A stretch of 64,000 nt of DNA from Candidatus Omnitrophota bacterium (GCA_029561555.1 JAKQXH010000044.1:9691-73690), one strand, 5' to 3'. Counted from the stretch's first letter, positions 37,436-45,768 are shown. Made by a program: numbers and translations. Notes: generated from the sequence alone by a model not told the origin.

Positions 37436-38365
37436 TTAAAGTCCGGTCCCGCAGAAGCTATTGTGATTTTCAAGAAACCATTCTACGGTTTCTTCCAGCC
37501 CCTTTTCAAGCTTTGTGAATTTAAAACCCGGAAAGCGTTTTGGGAATAGGTTGCTTTTCAGGACTCTGACTCTCTGGCCTTCGGGTTTGCTTTTATCAAA
37601 ACGGATTTTTCCTTTGAATTTCATGGCTCCGGCGATTATTCCGGCAAGATCTCTGATTTTGATTCCGGAGTCCGGCGCCAGGATAACCGTGTCCGGGCTT
37701 TCGATGGATTGACCGGTTTTCAGGATCAACCGCGCGACATCGCCCGAGAAAACAAATTGCCGTACGGCCTCTCCGCTTCCCCAAACCACCAAGGTTTTTC
37801 CGCTTTGTTTGGCGTGAAAACATTTATGGATTAACGCGCTCAGGACGTGGCTATTTTCCAAATCCCAGTGGTCATGCGGCCCGTACATCGTGACGGGCGT
37901 GACGGTCGTGAAGCGGCAACCGTGCTGTTCCCAGAGCAAACGGGTCTGGATGTCCAGCATCCGTTTCGCGCAGCCGTATCCCAGATTCCCGGGGAACGGC
38001 AGGCCGGAATGGAGATCGGTTTCCCGGGTCGGACGCCCGGAGTAAAAAGGGAACGCGCAACTTGAAAGAAGGGACACCAAGCCTTTGACTTTGTGCTTTT
38101 GGGCGGAGGCGAGAACATTGGTGTTGATTTGAATGTTGTCCGCGAAAAAATCCGCGTTCCTTTCGGCGTTGATTTTGACTCCGCCGACTTTTGCCGCAAG
38201 ATGCAGGACCCGGTCCGGCTTTTTATCGCCAAAGATGCGGTCAGTCTGTTTGGCGTCCCGAAGGTCTCCGTTTTGACTCGTCAGAAACGTCGCGCCCGGA
38301 ACAATTTTCCGTACCGCGTGCCCCAGGAGTCCGCTCCCTCCGGTTACGAGGATTTTTTCCTGCAT
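37436..38365 (-). CDS. GDP-L-fucose synthase-like NDP-sugar 3,5-epimerase/4-reductase (Fcl/ColC family).
   Basis: ILVTGGSGLLG...LAAKVGG...LLSSCAFP...YGCAK pattern parallels Fcl (LAAKVGG / GSSCIYP / YxxxK). Start chosen at MQEKILVTGG (38365); the ORF-track extension to 38725 is non-coding-like. Confidence 0.6.
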   Translation of the reverse strand: MQEKILVTGGSGLLGHAVRKIVPGATFLTSQNGDLRDAKQTDRIFGDKKPDRVLHLAAKVGGVKINAERNADFFADNIQINTNVLASAQKHKVKGLVSLLSSCAFPFYSGRPTRETDLHSGLPFPGNLGYGCAKRMLDIQTRLLWEQHGCRFTTVTPVTMYGPHDHWDLENSHVLSALIHKCFHAKQSGKTLVVWGSGEAVRQFVFSGDVARLILKTGQSIESPDTVILAPDSGIKIRDLAGIIAGAMKFKGKIRFDKSKPEGQRVRVLKSNLFPKRFPGFKFTKLEKGLEETVEWFLENHNSFCGTGL

Positions 38366-39528
38366 GAAGCCTCCAGTACGATTTTTGAGATGAAATCCAC
38401 CCCTTGGGCGTCGAGGGCGGGATTGTTGGGAAGAAAGATGCCGCATTGATAAAGCTGATCCGCAACGGGGAAATCGGGCTTTCCGTAGCGGTTGAACCAG
38501 AACGGGTGGCGTCCGAGATTGCCGGCCGTGAAAAGACGCGTTTCGATTCCGTTTTTGGTCAATGCGGCGGCCAGGGAGTGACGTTCGACCGAATTTTTGG
38601 CCAGCATGCAGAAGGAAATGCTGGAGAGCGTGGCATCCGGGTCTTTGCATTGCTGAATGCGAAATCTTTCTCCCAGATGCTTTTGATAACGCAAATGATT
38701 GGCGTGGCGCCTGGAAATCATCCATTCGAGTTTCTCAAGCTGCCGGAGTCCAAGGAAAGCATTCAGGTCCGTCGATCTTAAGTTGAGGCCGGGTTCGTAA
38801 AAGACGAAAGGCTTGTGATCGTCGTTCACGCGGTATTTTTTGACCAGTTTCTGATGGGAGACCGGATCCAGGTCTTTGCTCCAGCCGTGGCTTCTGAGCA
38901 TCAGGAGAAGATCCCGGAAGAGGGGATTGTCCGTGGAAACCATTCCGCCTTCGATTGTGGACATCTGATGCCCGAAATAGAAAGAGAAGCTGGACATGTC
39001 GCCGAAGGTGCCGATTTTTCTTCCGAAAAAGGTGGACCCGATGGAGGCACAGGCGTCTTCAAGCAGGATGAATCTGTATTTTTTCTTGAGTGCCATCACG
39101 GCGTTCATTTTATGCGGGATGCCGAGCACCTGGACCATTGTGACGGCCGAGGGCTCATGTTTTTTAAGGAGTTTTTCGAGATGATCCAGATTTAACCCGA
39201 ATGTGTCCGGATCGGATTCGCAGAGAATCGGCTCGAAACCGAATTGAATGGCCGGCGCAATCGTGGTTACCCATCCGGTGGCCGGGACGATTACTTTTTT
39301 GTTCTTCAGTTTTCCGGAAAGGAGAAGGGCATAATACATCAGCAGGTTGGCCGAAGATCCCGAATTGCAGAACGCGGAAAACTTCCGTCCGATCCATCGG
39401 CTCCATTGATTTTCAAAGAGAACGTTCAACTTGTCCTTGGTCAGTCGGGGAGTCCCTTTCAGCCATTCGATCAGGCGGTCAATGTCTTTTTGGTCGATGG
39501 TGTCTTCCGCGAGATGAAATCGAAGCAT
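38344..39528 (-). CDS. DegT/DnrJ/EryC1/StrS-family PLP/PMP-dependent enzyme with His at the canonical lysine position (ColD/E1-like sugar 3-dehydratase candidate).
   Basis: SGSSANLL...DACASIG...SFSFYFGHQMSTIEGG aligns with the SFHxxKxxxxxEGG aminotransferase motif, with H replacing K. Start chosen at MLRFHLAED (39528). Confidence 0.6.
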   Translation of the reverse strand: MLRFHLAEDTIDQKDIDRLIEWLKGTPRLTKDKLNVLFENQWSRWIGRKFSAFCNSGSSANLLMYYALLLSGKLKNKKVIVPATGWVTTIAPAIQFGFEPILCESDPDTFGLNLDHLEKLLKKHEPSAVTMVQVLGIPHKMNAVMALKKKYRFILLEDACASIGSTFFGRKIGTFGDMSSFSFYFGHQMSTIEGGMVSTDNPLFRDLLLMLRSHGWSKDLDPVSHQKLVKKYRVNDDHKPFVFYEPGLNLRSTDLNAFLGLRQLEKLEWMISRRHANHLRYQKHLGERFRIQQCKDPDATLSSISFCMLAKNSVERHSLAAALTKNGIETRLFTAGNLGRHPFWFNRYGKPDFPVADQLYQCGIFLPNNPALDAQGVDFISKIVLEASCRKKSS

Positions 39529-39556
39529 TGCAAACCCTCCGTTATCTGATTGTGAT

Positions 39557-40591
39557 CTAAAACGGTCCTTTGAATTTTGTCGTGAGCAAAGGGACTTCTT
39601 TCTCCGCGGGAAAGTTCCGGCCCAGCATTTCACACACGGCTTGCGCGATCGTTTTCGCATTGGGATAGAAAATGTTCTCGAGCGGTTTGCTGACCGGGCA
39701 AACGACGGGCGCCATTCCCATCCGCCGGACGGGTGCTTTGAGACTTTTAAACCCTTTTTCCGCGGCAAGGGCGGCGATCTCGGCGCTTGCGCCGCAGGCC
39801 GTCCAGCTCGTATCGATCACAAGCAGGCGCCCCGTTTTTTCGATTGACTTCAAAATAACGCTCTCTTCCAGAGGAACCAGCGTGACCGGATCAATGATTT
39901 CGACGTCGATCCCTTCTCCGGCCAGAAATTCCGCGGCCTTCAAGCTCTCGACGACCATGTAGGAATTCGCGACGATCGTAATGTCTTTCCCCTCACGCCT
40001 GATGTTTGCCTTCTTCAGAGGAATTTCATAATAACCGTCGGGCACTTCGCCCGGGATGTCGTAAAGCAGGCGGTGTTCGATGACGGCGACCGGATTTGGG
40101 TCCGCGATGGCGGCGAGCAGAAGACCTTTCGCATCATAGGCGGTTGTGGGCATGACGACTTTCAGACCGGGGACATGCATGAGAAGCGACTGGGGGCTTT
40201 GCGAGTGCTGGGAACCCTGCCCCCAGCTCCGGCCGATTACGGCGCGGATCACGATCGGGACGCTCATCTGGCCGCCGAACATGTAACGCCATTTGGCGGC
40301 GATGTTGAAGAGTTGGTCCAGCGCGAGATAAAGAAAATCGCAGCGGATATGGATGTGGACGGGTCTCATCCCCGCCAGCGCGGCGCCGATGGCCACGCCG
40401 GTCATCGCGGCTTCCGAAAGCGGGGTGTCGAAAACTCTTTCGCGGCCGAAACGGTCGACCAGGTTCTTAGTGCTGCCGAATACCGCCTTGTGATCGTCGA
40501 CCCCGATTCCCATGATCAAGACGGAAGGATCCCTCTCCATCGCCGCCGTCAGGGCATCTAGGATGGCTTGTCCGTAATTACGCAGACTCAT
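39557..40591 (-). CDS. Thiamine-diphosphate-dependent dehydrogenase E1 beta subunit / transketolase C-terminal-like.
   Basis: Pyrimidine-binding and C-terminal transketolase-like domains (VFDTPLSEAAMTGVAIGAALAG...). ATGA overlap with the E1 alpha gene. Confidence 0.7.
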   Translation of the reverse strand: MSLRNYGQAILDALTAAMERDPSVLIMGIGVDDHKAVFGSTKNLVDRFGRERVFDTPLSEAAMTGVAIGAALAGMRPVHIHIRCDFLYLALDQLFNIAAKWRYMFGGQMSVPIVIRAVIGRSWGQGSQHSQSPQSLLMHVPGLKVVMPTTAYDAKGLLLAAIADPNPVAVIEHRLLYDIPGEVPDGYYEIPLKKANIRREGKDITIVANSYMVVESLKAAEFLAGEGIDVEIIDPVTLVPLEESVILKSIEKTGRLLVIDTSWTACGASAEIAALAAEKGFKSLKAPVRRMGMAPVVCPVSKPLENIFYPNAKTIAQAVCEMLGRNFPAEKEVPLLTTKFKGPF

Positions 40592-41580
40592 TTCGGCTCC
40601 TCGAACAGATCTTCATACAGGCATTCCGGAGCGGGGAAAGGACTTTGTTCGGCGAAAGAAACGGCATCTTCGATCTCTTCCGAGATTTCTTTTTCCCATT
40701 CCGAAAATTGAAGATCGGATATCGAAAAGTGCTTCCGCAGAAATTCTTCCGAACGCGCAAGAGGGTCCCGCTGAATGGCCTGCCGGAGTTTTTCCGGTTC
40801 CCGGTAGGCCTCGGCATGGTCTTTGCCGATTCCCACGTGTTCGTAAATTCGGTAAGTCATGTATTCAAGAAGGACCGGCGCGGGATTTTCTTTTATGCGG
40901 GAAACGGCTTCTTTCATGGTTGAGTAAACTTCGGAAACATTGTTTCCGTCGAAGCGGCAGCCTTGAACGCCCAGGCCTTCCCCGAGGCGGTAGAGTTCTT
41001 TCTGCGTGTGACGGTCTGAGACACGGGAGTGGACGGCGTAGTTGTTGTTTTCGCAGACGTAAATAATCGGAAGCTTCTTGAGGACCGCAAAATTCATGCT
41101 TTCGAAAAACACGCCTTCGTCTACCGCGCCGTCGCCGAAGAAGGCCACCGCAACGCGGTCTTCTTTTTTGATTTTGGCCGCAAGCGCGTCGCCCGTTGCG
41201 ACGGGAATGGTGCTTGCGACGATGGCGGAGCAGCCCATCAGACCGGTTTCCGGTGCGGCCAAATGCATGGAGCCGCCCTTGCCCCGGGAGCAGCCGGTAT
41301 TTTTGGCGTAGAGTTCGGCAAACAACTTTTTAAGGTCACCGCCCCTGCCGATGTAAATGCCGTGTCCCCGGTAGGTGCCGTAGAGGTGGTCGGCGGGACT
41401 GAGCGCGAGGGAGACTCCCGCGGAAACGGCTTCCTGCCCGACGGACAAATGAATCGGGCTTTGGATTTTATCGCTCGGATAAATTTCGGCTACTTTCAGT
41501 TCGGCCAGCCGGATTTTGAGCATGGTCCGGTGAAGCGCGATGCTGATGTTCCGGTCGGGTTTCTGATTTCTAGTCGGCAT
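40588..41580 (-). CDS. Thiamine-diphosphate-dependent dehydrogenase E1 alpha subunit.
   Basis: TPP-binding motif GDGAVDEGVFFESMNFA...ENNNYA (GDG-x-N). Similar to pyruvate/acetoin dehydrogenase E1 alpha. Confidence 0.7.
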   Translation of the reverse strand: MPTRNQKPDRNISIALHRTMLKIRLAELKVAEIYPSDKIQSPIHLSVGQEAVSAGVSLALSPADHLYGTYRGHGIYIGRGGDLKKLFAELYAKNTGCSRGKGGSMHLAAPETGLMGCSAIVASTIPVATGDALAAKIKKEDRVAVAFFGDGAVDEGVFFESMNFAVLKKLPIIYVCENNNYAVHSRVSDRHTQKELYRLGEGLGVQGCRFDGNNVSEVYSTMKEAVSRIKENPAPVLLEYMTYRIYEHVGIGKDHAEAYREPEKLRQAIQRDPLARSEEFLRKHFSISDLQFSEWEKEISEEIEDAVSFAEQSPFPAPECLYEDLFEEPK

Positions 41581-41633
41581 AAGTAGTTTTGGTTCCGGAT
41601 TTTACCATACGGCAAAGATTCGGCATATTTTTA

Positions 41634-42569
41634 TCAAACGTTCGCGTATTGAGTCCGTTTGATGATGCGGTAGCACTTGAGCAATTCCTGAATGCCGGCA
41701 TCCAGGGAAACATCGGGTCTGAACCCGGATTTTTCGATTTTTTCGTTGCTGACGATATAATTTCTCTGGTCGGGGTCTTTGCCGACTTCGGAGGCGGTGA
41801 TGGCGAAATGGGGGACGTGTTTTTTGATCGCTTCGCAAAGCTGACGCTTCGAAAGATTGCAGTCGCTGAGTCCCACGTTGTAAGTTTCCCCCTTCATTTT
41901 CTCGAAGGAATTCATTCCGTGCAGAAAGGCTTTTGCGACGTCCCGGACGTGGATGTAATTCCGGATGAAATCGGCTTCGAAAAGGACGACGAATCCGTCG
42001 AATACGGCCCGGTACACGAAATCATTCACCAGGAGATCCAGTCGCATCCGGGGACTGACGCCGAATGCCGTCGCAAGCCGGAACGTAATGCTCTCGCCCG
42101 AATCGAGAATCATTTTCTCGGCTTCGACCTTGAGGCGGCCGTATAGCGAAATTGGGTTCAAAGGTGTTTTCTCGTCGCAGGCAATACCGGTTTGTCCGAT
42201 GCCGTAACCGCTGTTGGTGGTCGGGTAAATAATTCTCTGATGCCTGCCGCGCATTTTGAGCAATTCTTTGACGGAATCAACGATGACTCCCCGGGCGGTG
42301 CAGGGGTCTTTCGAGCAAAGCGGTGCGCCGGTCAGACAGGCCAGCGGGAAAAGATAATCCGCGTCCTTGACGAGCTTTTCCATCAGCTTTGCGTTGCGGA
42401 CATCCCCGCGGACGACCTGGAACCGGGGATTCGCGCAACAGTCGAGCAGGGAAGCCTGCCGGAACATGAAATTGTCGACGACGGTGACTTCGTGATTTTC
42501 CCGAAGCAGTAAAGGAACGAGGACGGAACCGATATAGCCCGCGCCTCCGGTGACCAGTATTTTTGCCAT
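41634..42569 (-). CDS. NAD-dependent NDP-sugar epimerase/dehydratase (extended SDR; RmlB/GalE-like).
   Basis: MAKILVTGGAGYIGSVLV Rossmann motif. YGRLK (YxxxK) catalytic dyad. Confidence 0.7.
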   Translation of the reverse strand: MAKILVTGGAGYIGSVLVPLLLRENHEVTVVDNFMFRQASLLDCCANPRFQVVRGDVRNAKLMEKLVKDADYLFPLACLTGAPLCSKDPCTARGVIVDSVKELLKMRGRHQRIIYPTTNSGYGIGQTGIACDEKTPLNPISLYGRLKVEAEKMILDSGESITFRLATAFGVSPRMRLDLLVNDFVYRAVFDGFVVLFEADFIRNYIHVRDVAKAFLHGMNSFEKMKGETYNVGLSDCNLSKRQLCEAIKKHVPHFAITASEVGKDPDQRNYIVSNEKIEKSGFRPDVSLDAGIQELLKCYRIIKRTQYANV

Positions 42570-42665
42570 TTTTGATCAACTCCTTTTGATGATTGATGTC
42601 TTGAATATCGGCATTTTGCGAAAAATTATTTCAGCGCGGATTTTTATCGTGAAATCCGGTCCTCA

Positions 42666-42721
42666 AAATTTAGTGCCAACAAAATAGTTCCCTGAAAAAT
42701 CGGAAATAATAGGAGGCTCCC
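42666..42721. repeat. Direct repeat, copy 1 (~56 bp): an orphan duplicate of the 3' end of the GT2 gene at 42831..43562.
   Basis: AAATT(T/C)AGTGCCAACAAAATAGTTCCCTGAAAAAT(C/T)GGAAATAATAGGAGGCTCC found twice, 160 bp apart, with 54 of 56 positions identical. Confidence 0.8.
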
Positions 42722-42825
42722 TCAATGAGCATCGAACTTACGCGACTACAAGGAGCGTCAAGTTCGCCATGCGAATTGATCCCAGCAAGGCGCGGCCAAG
42801 CGGCTTGCGTGGGACTTTCATTTGC

Positions 42826-42881
42826 TAAATTCAGTGCCAACAAAATAGTTCCCTGAAAAATTGGAAATAATAGGAGGCTCC
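42826..42881. repeat. Direct repeat, copy 2 (~56 bp); encodes the last ~16 codons and stop of the GT2 gene at 42831..43562.
   Basis: Same sequence as copy 1; overlaps the GT2 C-terminus (...GASYYFQFFRELFCWH*). Confidence 0.8.
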
Positions 42882-43562
42882 CCACTTGAATATCTTCAGC
42901 TTCCTCACCCCGCCGATTCTCGGAGGTTCGTCTCCCGGGATTTCACCGATGCGGAGTTTCCGCTTCAGCGCCCGGACCGAAAGCAGGGGTTCCCAGCTGA
43001 CTTTCGTCCGGAAAAGTCTTTCGGCCGTCGAGTAGCCTTCGTCTTTGTTTAATTCAAGATCATAAATCAGGCGGGTTTTATAGGCCCGGTAGATGACCAT
43101 GGCGTCCGTGTAATGTCCCTTGTAAAGGAGATTGATCGTATTCGTGAACAGCCGGTTCCCGAATGCCGTCACCGGGTCGTCGTCTTCGCTTTTGGCCCCT
43201 TCAAGGTAGCGGGACACAATGACCATGTCATAACCTTCCTTCATTTTGGCGATCAGGGGCGGGATGAGTTCGGGGATGGAATTCCCGTCGGGACTGAACG
43301 TGATGACGACATCGCCTTCGATGTAGGGGAGGACTTCGTTATATCCCTGCCGGAATCCCGGTTTTTGCTGAACATAGACAAAATACCCGTTTTCCCTGGC
43401 GTATTCAATGGTCCCGTCGGTGGATCCTCCGTCGAGAATGATAATCTGCTCGCACCATTCTTTCCTGACTTTCGGCATAATTGCTTTCATGCCGTCGATT
43501 TCGTTGAGAGTCGGAACCAGTAATGTTGTTTTCATCCGTATCCAATCGCTTTTGATTAGCAA
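42831..43562 (-). CDS. GT2 glycosyltransferase (dolichyl/polyprenyl-phosphate glycosyltransferase-like, soluble form).
   Basis: LLVPTLNE...ILDGGSTDGT...ITFSPDG motifs of the GT-A fold. 243 aa. First gene of the long minus-strand gene array. Confidence 0.65.
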   Translation of the reverse strand: MLIKSDWIRMKTTLLVPTLNEIDGMKAIMPKVRKEWCEQIIILDGGSTDGTIEYARENGYFVYVQQKPGFRQGYNEVLPYIEGDVVITFSPDGNSIPELIPPLIAKMKEGYDMVIVSRYLEGAKSEDDDPVTAFGNRLFTNTINLLYKGHYTDAMVIYRAYKTRLIYDLELNKDEGYSTAERLFRTKVSWEPLLSVRALKRKLRIGEIPGDEPPRIGGVRKLKIFKWGASYYFQFFRELFCWH

Positions 43563-43735
43563 ACGATAGCAATTTGAATTAGTTTACCCCGACTTTGCGG
43601 TTTTCGGCAGTACTTTTTTGCTGAGGGGAGTTCTCGGGAAATTTTTCCCGCCTCGCGCGAGGGCCGATTCGAGAGGTCGGTAAGTATTCCTACAGAAAGC
43701 AAGGGAAGCGCCGTAAATTTTGACAGGAGAAAACC
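43563..43735. promoter_or_regulatory. Divergent intergenic control region between the long minus-strand accessory operon and the plus-strand accessory operon.
   Basis: 173-bp non-coding gap between divergently oriented first genes. No specific -35/-10 could be assigned with confidence. Confidence 0.35.
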
Positions 43736-44047
43736 ATGTATAAGAAGTGTATCTTGACGGGGTTATTGCTGCTGTTTTTTTTGTCGACGACTCCGTCTCC
43801 GGCCGTTGCCGACGACGCGGAAAATATCGCGGGCTTTACCAGCGGTTTTTCCCGGGTCCTGACCAGCGCTTTTCAACTGCCTCTTAAGCTGGTCAACGAT
43901 ACTTTCACGCAGCCTTTTCCTCTCGGAGTGCTTTACGGTGTTATCGACGGGACCGTCAGCACGGTGACCAATTTGGTCGGAGGGACTTTTGAAATGGCCG
44001 CGGCAGCCGCGCCTTACGCGAAATACGCCTGGATTGCCGCATTGTAA
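43736..44047 (+). CDS. Small secreted hypothetical protein (103 aa) with an N-terminal signal peptide.
   Basis: MYKKCILTGLLLLFFLSTTPSPAVA|DD: a classic n-h-c signal peptide. GGAG RBS 8 nt upstream. Confidence 0.5.
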   Translation: MYKKCILTGLLLLFFLSTTPSPAVADDAENIAGFTSGFSRVLTSAFQLPLKLVNDTFTQPFPLGVLYGVIDGTVSTVTNLVGGTFEMAAAAAPYAKYAWIAAL

Positions 44048-44104
44048 TTTCGCCTTTAAATTTGATTTTTGCCCCGGATGAATTCGGAGCTATAATTCAC
44101 CTTC

Positions 44105-44971
44105 ATGATGCGGATATTCGAGTACCAGACGGAATTTTTCCCGGAAGATCCTGTCCCGACGGAATGGTCCGCTTGCCGGGTGTTGAAGCAGACCCCTTTG
44201 GAAAATCCGGTAAATTATTTGGCCGCGCCGTGGGCGGTGCTGATGAACAAAGGGAAATTGGAGTCCGCTTCGAAAATGCGGATCGGGGGAGGGTTTACGG
44301 TTTGTCAGCATTCGAGATATTACGAACTGATTCCTTTATTGAAAACAATCGGGGTCGACACCCTGTTTTGCCCGCATGTTTCCGAAAAGGGAACGGACGG
44401 CATCCGCCTTTTTCCGTTTCCCCATTACGCCGTCAACGGAACCGCTCCGGGGAAAATCAAGGATTTGTTTTACGCTTTCGTCGGGATTGACAGTACGACG
44501 CCGGGAGGATCGGAGTTGAGGCGGAAAATATTTTTGATGAGCCATCCGCCCGGAACGGTTGTGATCGAGCGGAAGCGGTGGCACTGGCTGCGCGAAAACG
44601 GATGGGGGGATTTCCCGGAAGAGGAACAGATTCGGGAAAGGCGGGAGTATCGGGACCTGCTCTCCCGGTCGGAATTTTCTCTCTGCCCCCGCGGATTCGG
44701 CGCCGGCACGGTGAGATTTTGGGAGTCGCTCGCGGCCGGGGCGGTGCCGGTTCTTCTGTCGGATTTTTTAAAATTGCCGGAAGGCGTCGATTGGGAGCAG
44801 TGCATTGTGCGGATTCCGGAGGAAGAGGTGTCGCGTGTGCCGGAAATCCTTTCCGGGATTTCCAAGCCTCGGCGCGCGGAGATGAGCCGGAACTGCCGGG
44901 GAATTTATGCGCGGTTTTCAGGCGAAAATTTTGTGAGTGCCATCCGGGCTGTCTATCGTGAAACTTTTTAG
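44105..44971 (+). CDS. Exostosin-like (GT47-type) glycosyltransferase domain protein.
   Basis: C-terminal region FSLCPRGFGAGTVRFWESLAAGAVPVLLSD resembles the exostosin-family motif (F.L.P.G...R..E.L..G.IPV). Confidence 0.45.
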   Translation: MMRIFEYQTEFFPEDPVPTEWSACRVLKQTPLENPVNYLAAPWAVLMNKGKLESASKMRIGGGFTVCQHSRYYELIPLLKTIGVDTLFCPHVSEKGTDGIRLFPFPHYAVNGTAPGKIKDLFYAFVGIDSTTPGGSELRRKIFLMSHPPGTVVIERKRWHWLRENGWGDFPEEEQIRERREYRDLLSRSEFSLCPRGFGAGTVRFWESLAAGAVPVLLSDFLKLPEGVDWEQCIVRIPEEEVSRVPEILSGISKPRRAEMSRNCRGIYARFSGENFVSAIRAVYRETF

Positions 44972-45767
44972 TTTTTACACTCCGTCCCACGGGATATTCA
45001 AGGACCGGTGGTTTCTCCCTTCGTTGAGGGAGAAGTACGAATTGATTTTCGAAGAATGTCCGCAGGAGTGCGAGGCGGCCGAGTTCATGGCCGGGGGCTG
45101 GCTGGCGACGATGATGCGAAAAGTGGATTTGATCATCCGCGCGATTCAAGGCAATTTCGGCGAGGTTTTTATTTATTCCGACATGGACGTCCAGTTTTTC
45201 AGGCCCATGAGAGAGCTGATTTTGAGGCGAATGGCGGGGAATGATATGGCGATTCAGCAGAATGCCCCTCTTGAAAGTCCCGCTGAGCAACTTTGCGCGG
45301 GATTTTTTGCCTGCCGGGCGAACCGGAAAACCTTGAATCTTTGGAGGACGGTCAGGGATTGCGTGGAAAGACTGGGAGATAGCGGGCCGGTTAACGAACA
45401 ATCCGTTTTGAACGGGTTGCTTGCAGGTGAAGATTCGCAATTACGCTGGATGCTGAACCGGTTTCGTGGGGGCGACTCTTTCCCCGGCGGTTTCTTTTTT
45501 CTGAAAAAGTTTTTCGCCCGGGCTCTAATTTCCCGCATAACGCGGTGCCGGAATTTCCTGAATTGGGAATTTCTCCCCCGTGAGTTTTTCGGAGGGGGCG
45601 TGTTCACCGGAAAAATCTGGAATCCGGGCGAGGAGCTTGAGATTCCCGACAATATTATTTTGCATCACGCAAATTGGACGGTTGGGGTGCGGAATAAAGT
45701 CGCCCAGCTGGAATACGTTCAAGAGAAGGTCCGGCAGAGAGAACTCTGCCCGGACTTAGGGGGTTGA
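44937..45767 (+). CDS. Hypothetical nucleotide-diphospho-sugar transferase-like protein.
   Basis: DxD-containing segment IYSDMDVQF. Size and context fit a putative glycosyltransferase. 35-nt overlap with the upstream gene; the start is uncertain. Confidence 0.4.
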   Translation: MPSGLSIVKLFSFYTPSHGIFKDRWFLPSLREKYELIFEECPQECEAAEFMAGGWLATMMRKVDLIIRAIQGNFGEVFIYSDMDVQFFRPMRELILRRMAGNDMAIQQNAPLESPAEQLCAGFFACRANRKTLNLWRTVRDCVERLGDSGPVNEQSVLNGLLAGEDSQLRWMLNRFRGGDSFPGGFFFLKKFFARALISRITRCRNFLNWEFLPREFFGGGVFTGKIWNPGEELEIPDNIILHHANWTVGVRNKVAQLEYVQEKVRQRELCPDLGG

Positions 45768-45768
45768 A

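Noticed and set aside
42725-42844. 39-codon plus-strand ORF with a perfect AGGAGG RBS between the repeat copies
   Set aside because: The RBS is part of the duplicated 3' end of the minus-strand GT2 gene and the ORF has low complexity; it is probably fortuitous, although it cannot be excluded.
42800-42860. Sigma54 (-24/-12) promoter-like TTGGCAC...TTAGCA inside the 56-bp repeat on the minus strand
   Set aside because: The spacing is off by one (TTAGC instead of TTGC at -12), copy 1 lacks the -12 element, and no rpoN gene is present in the conserved lptB-rpoN position.
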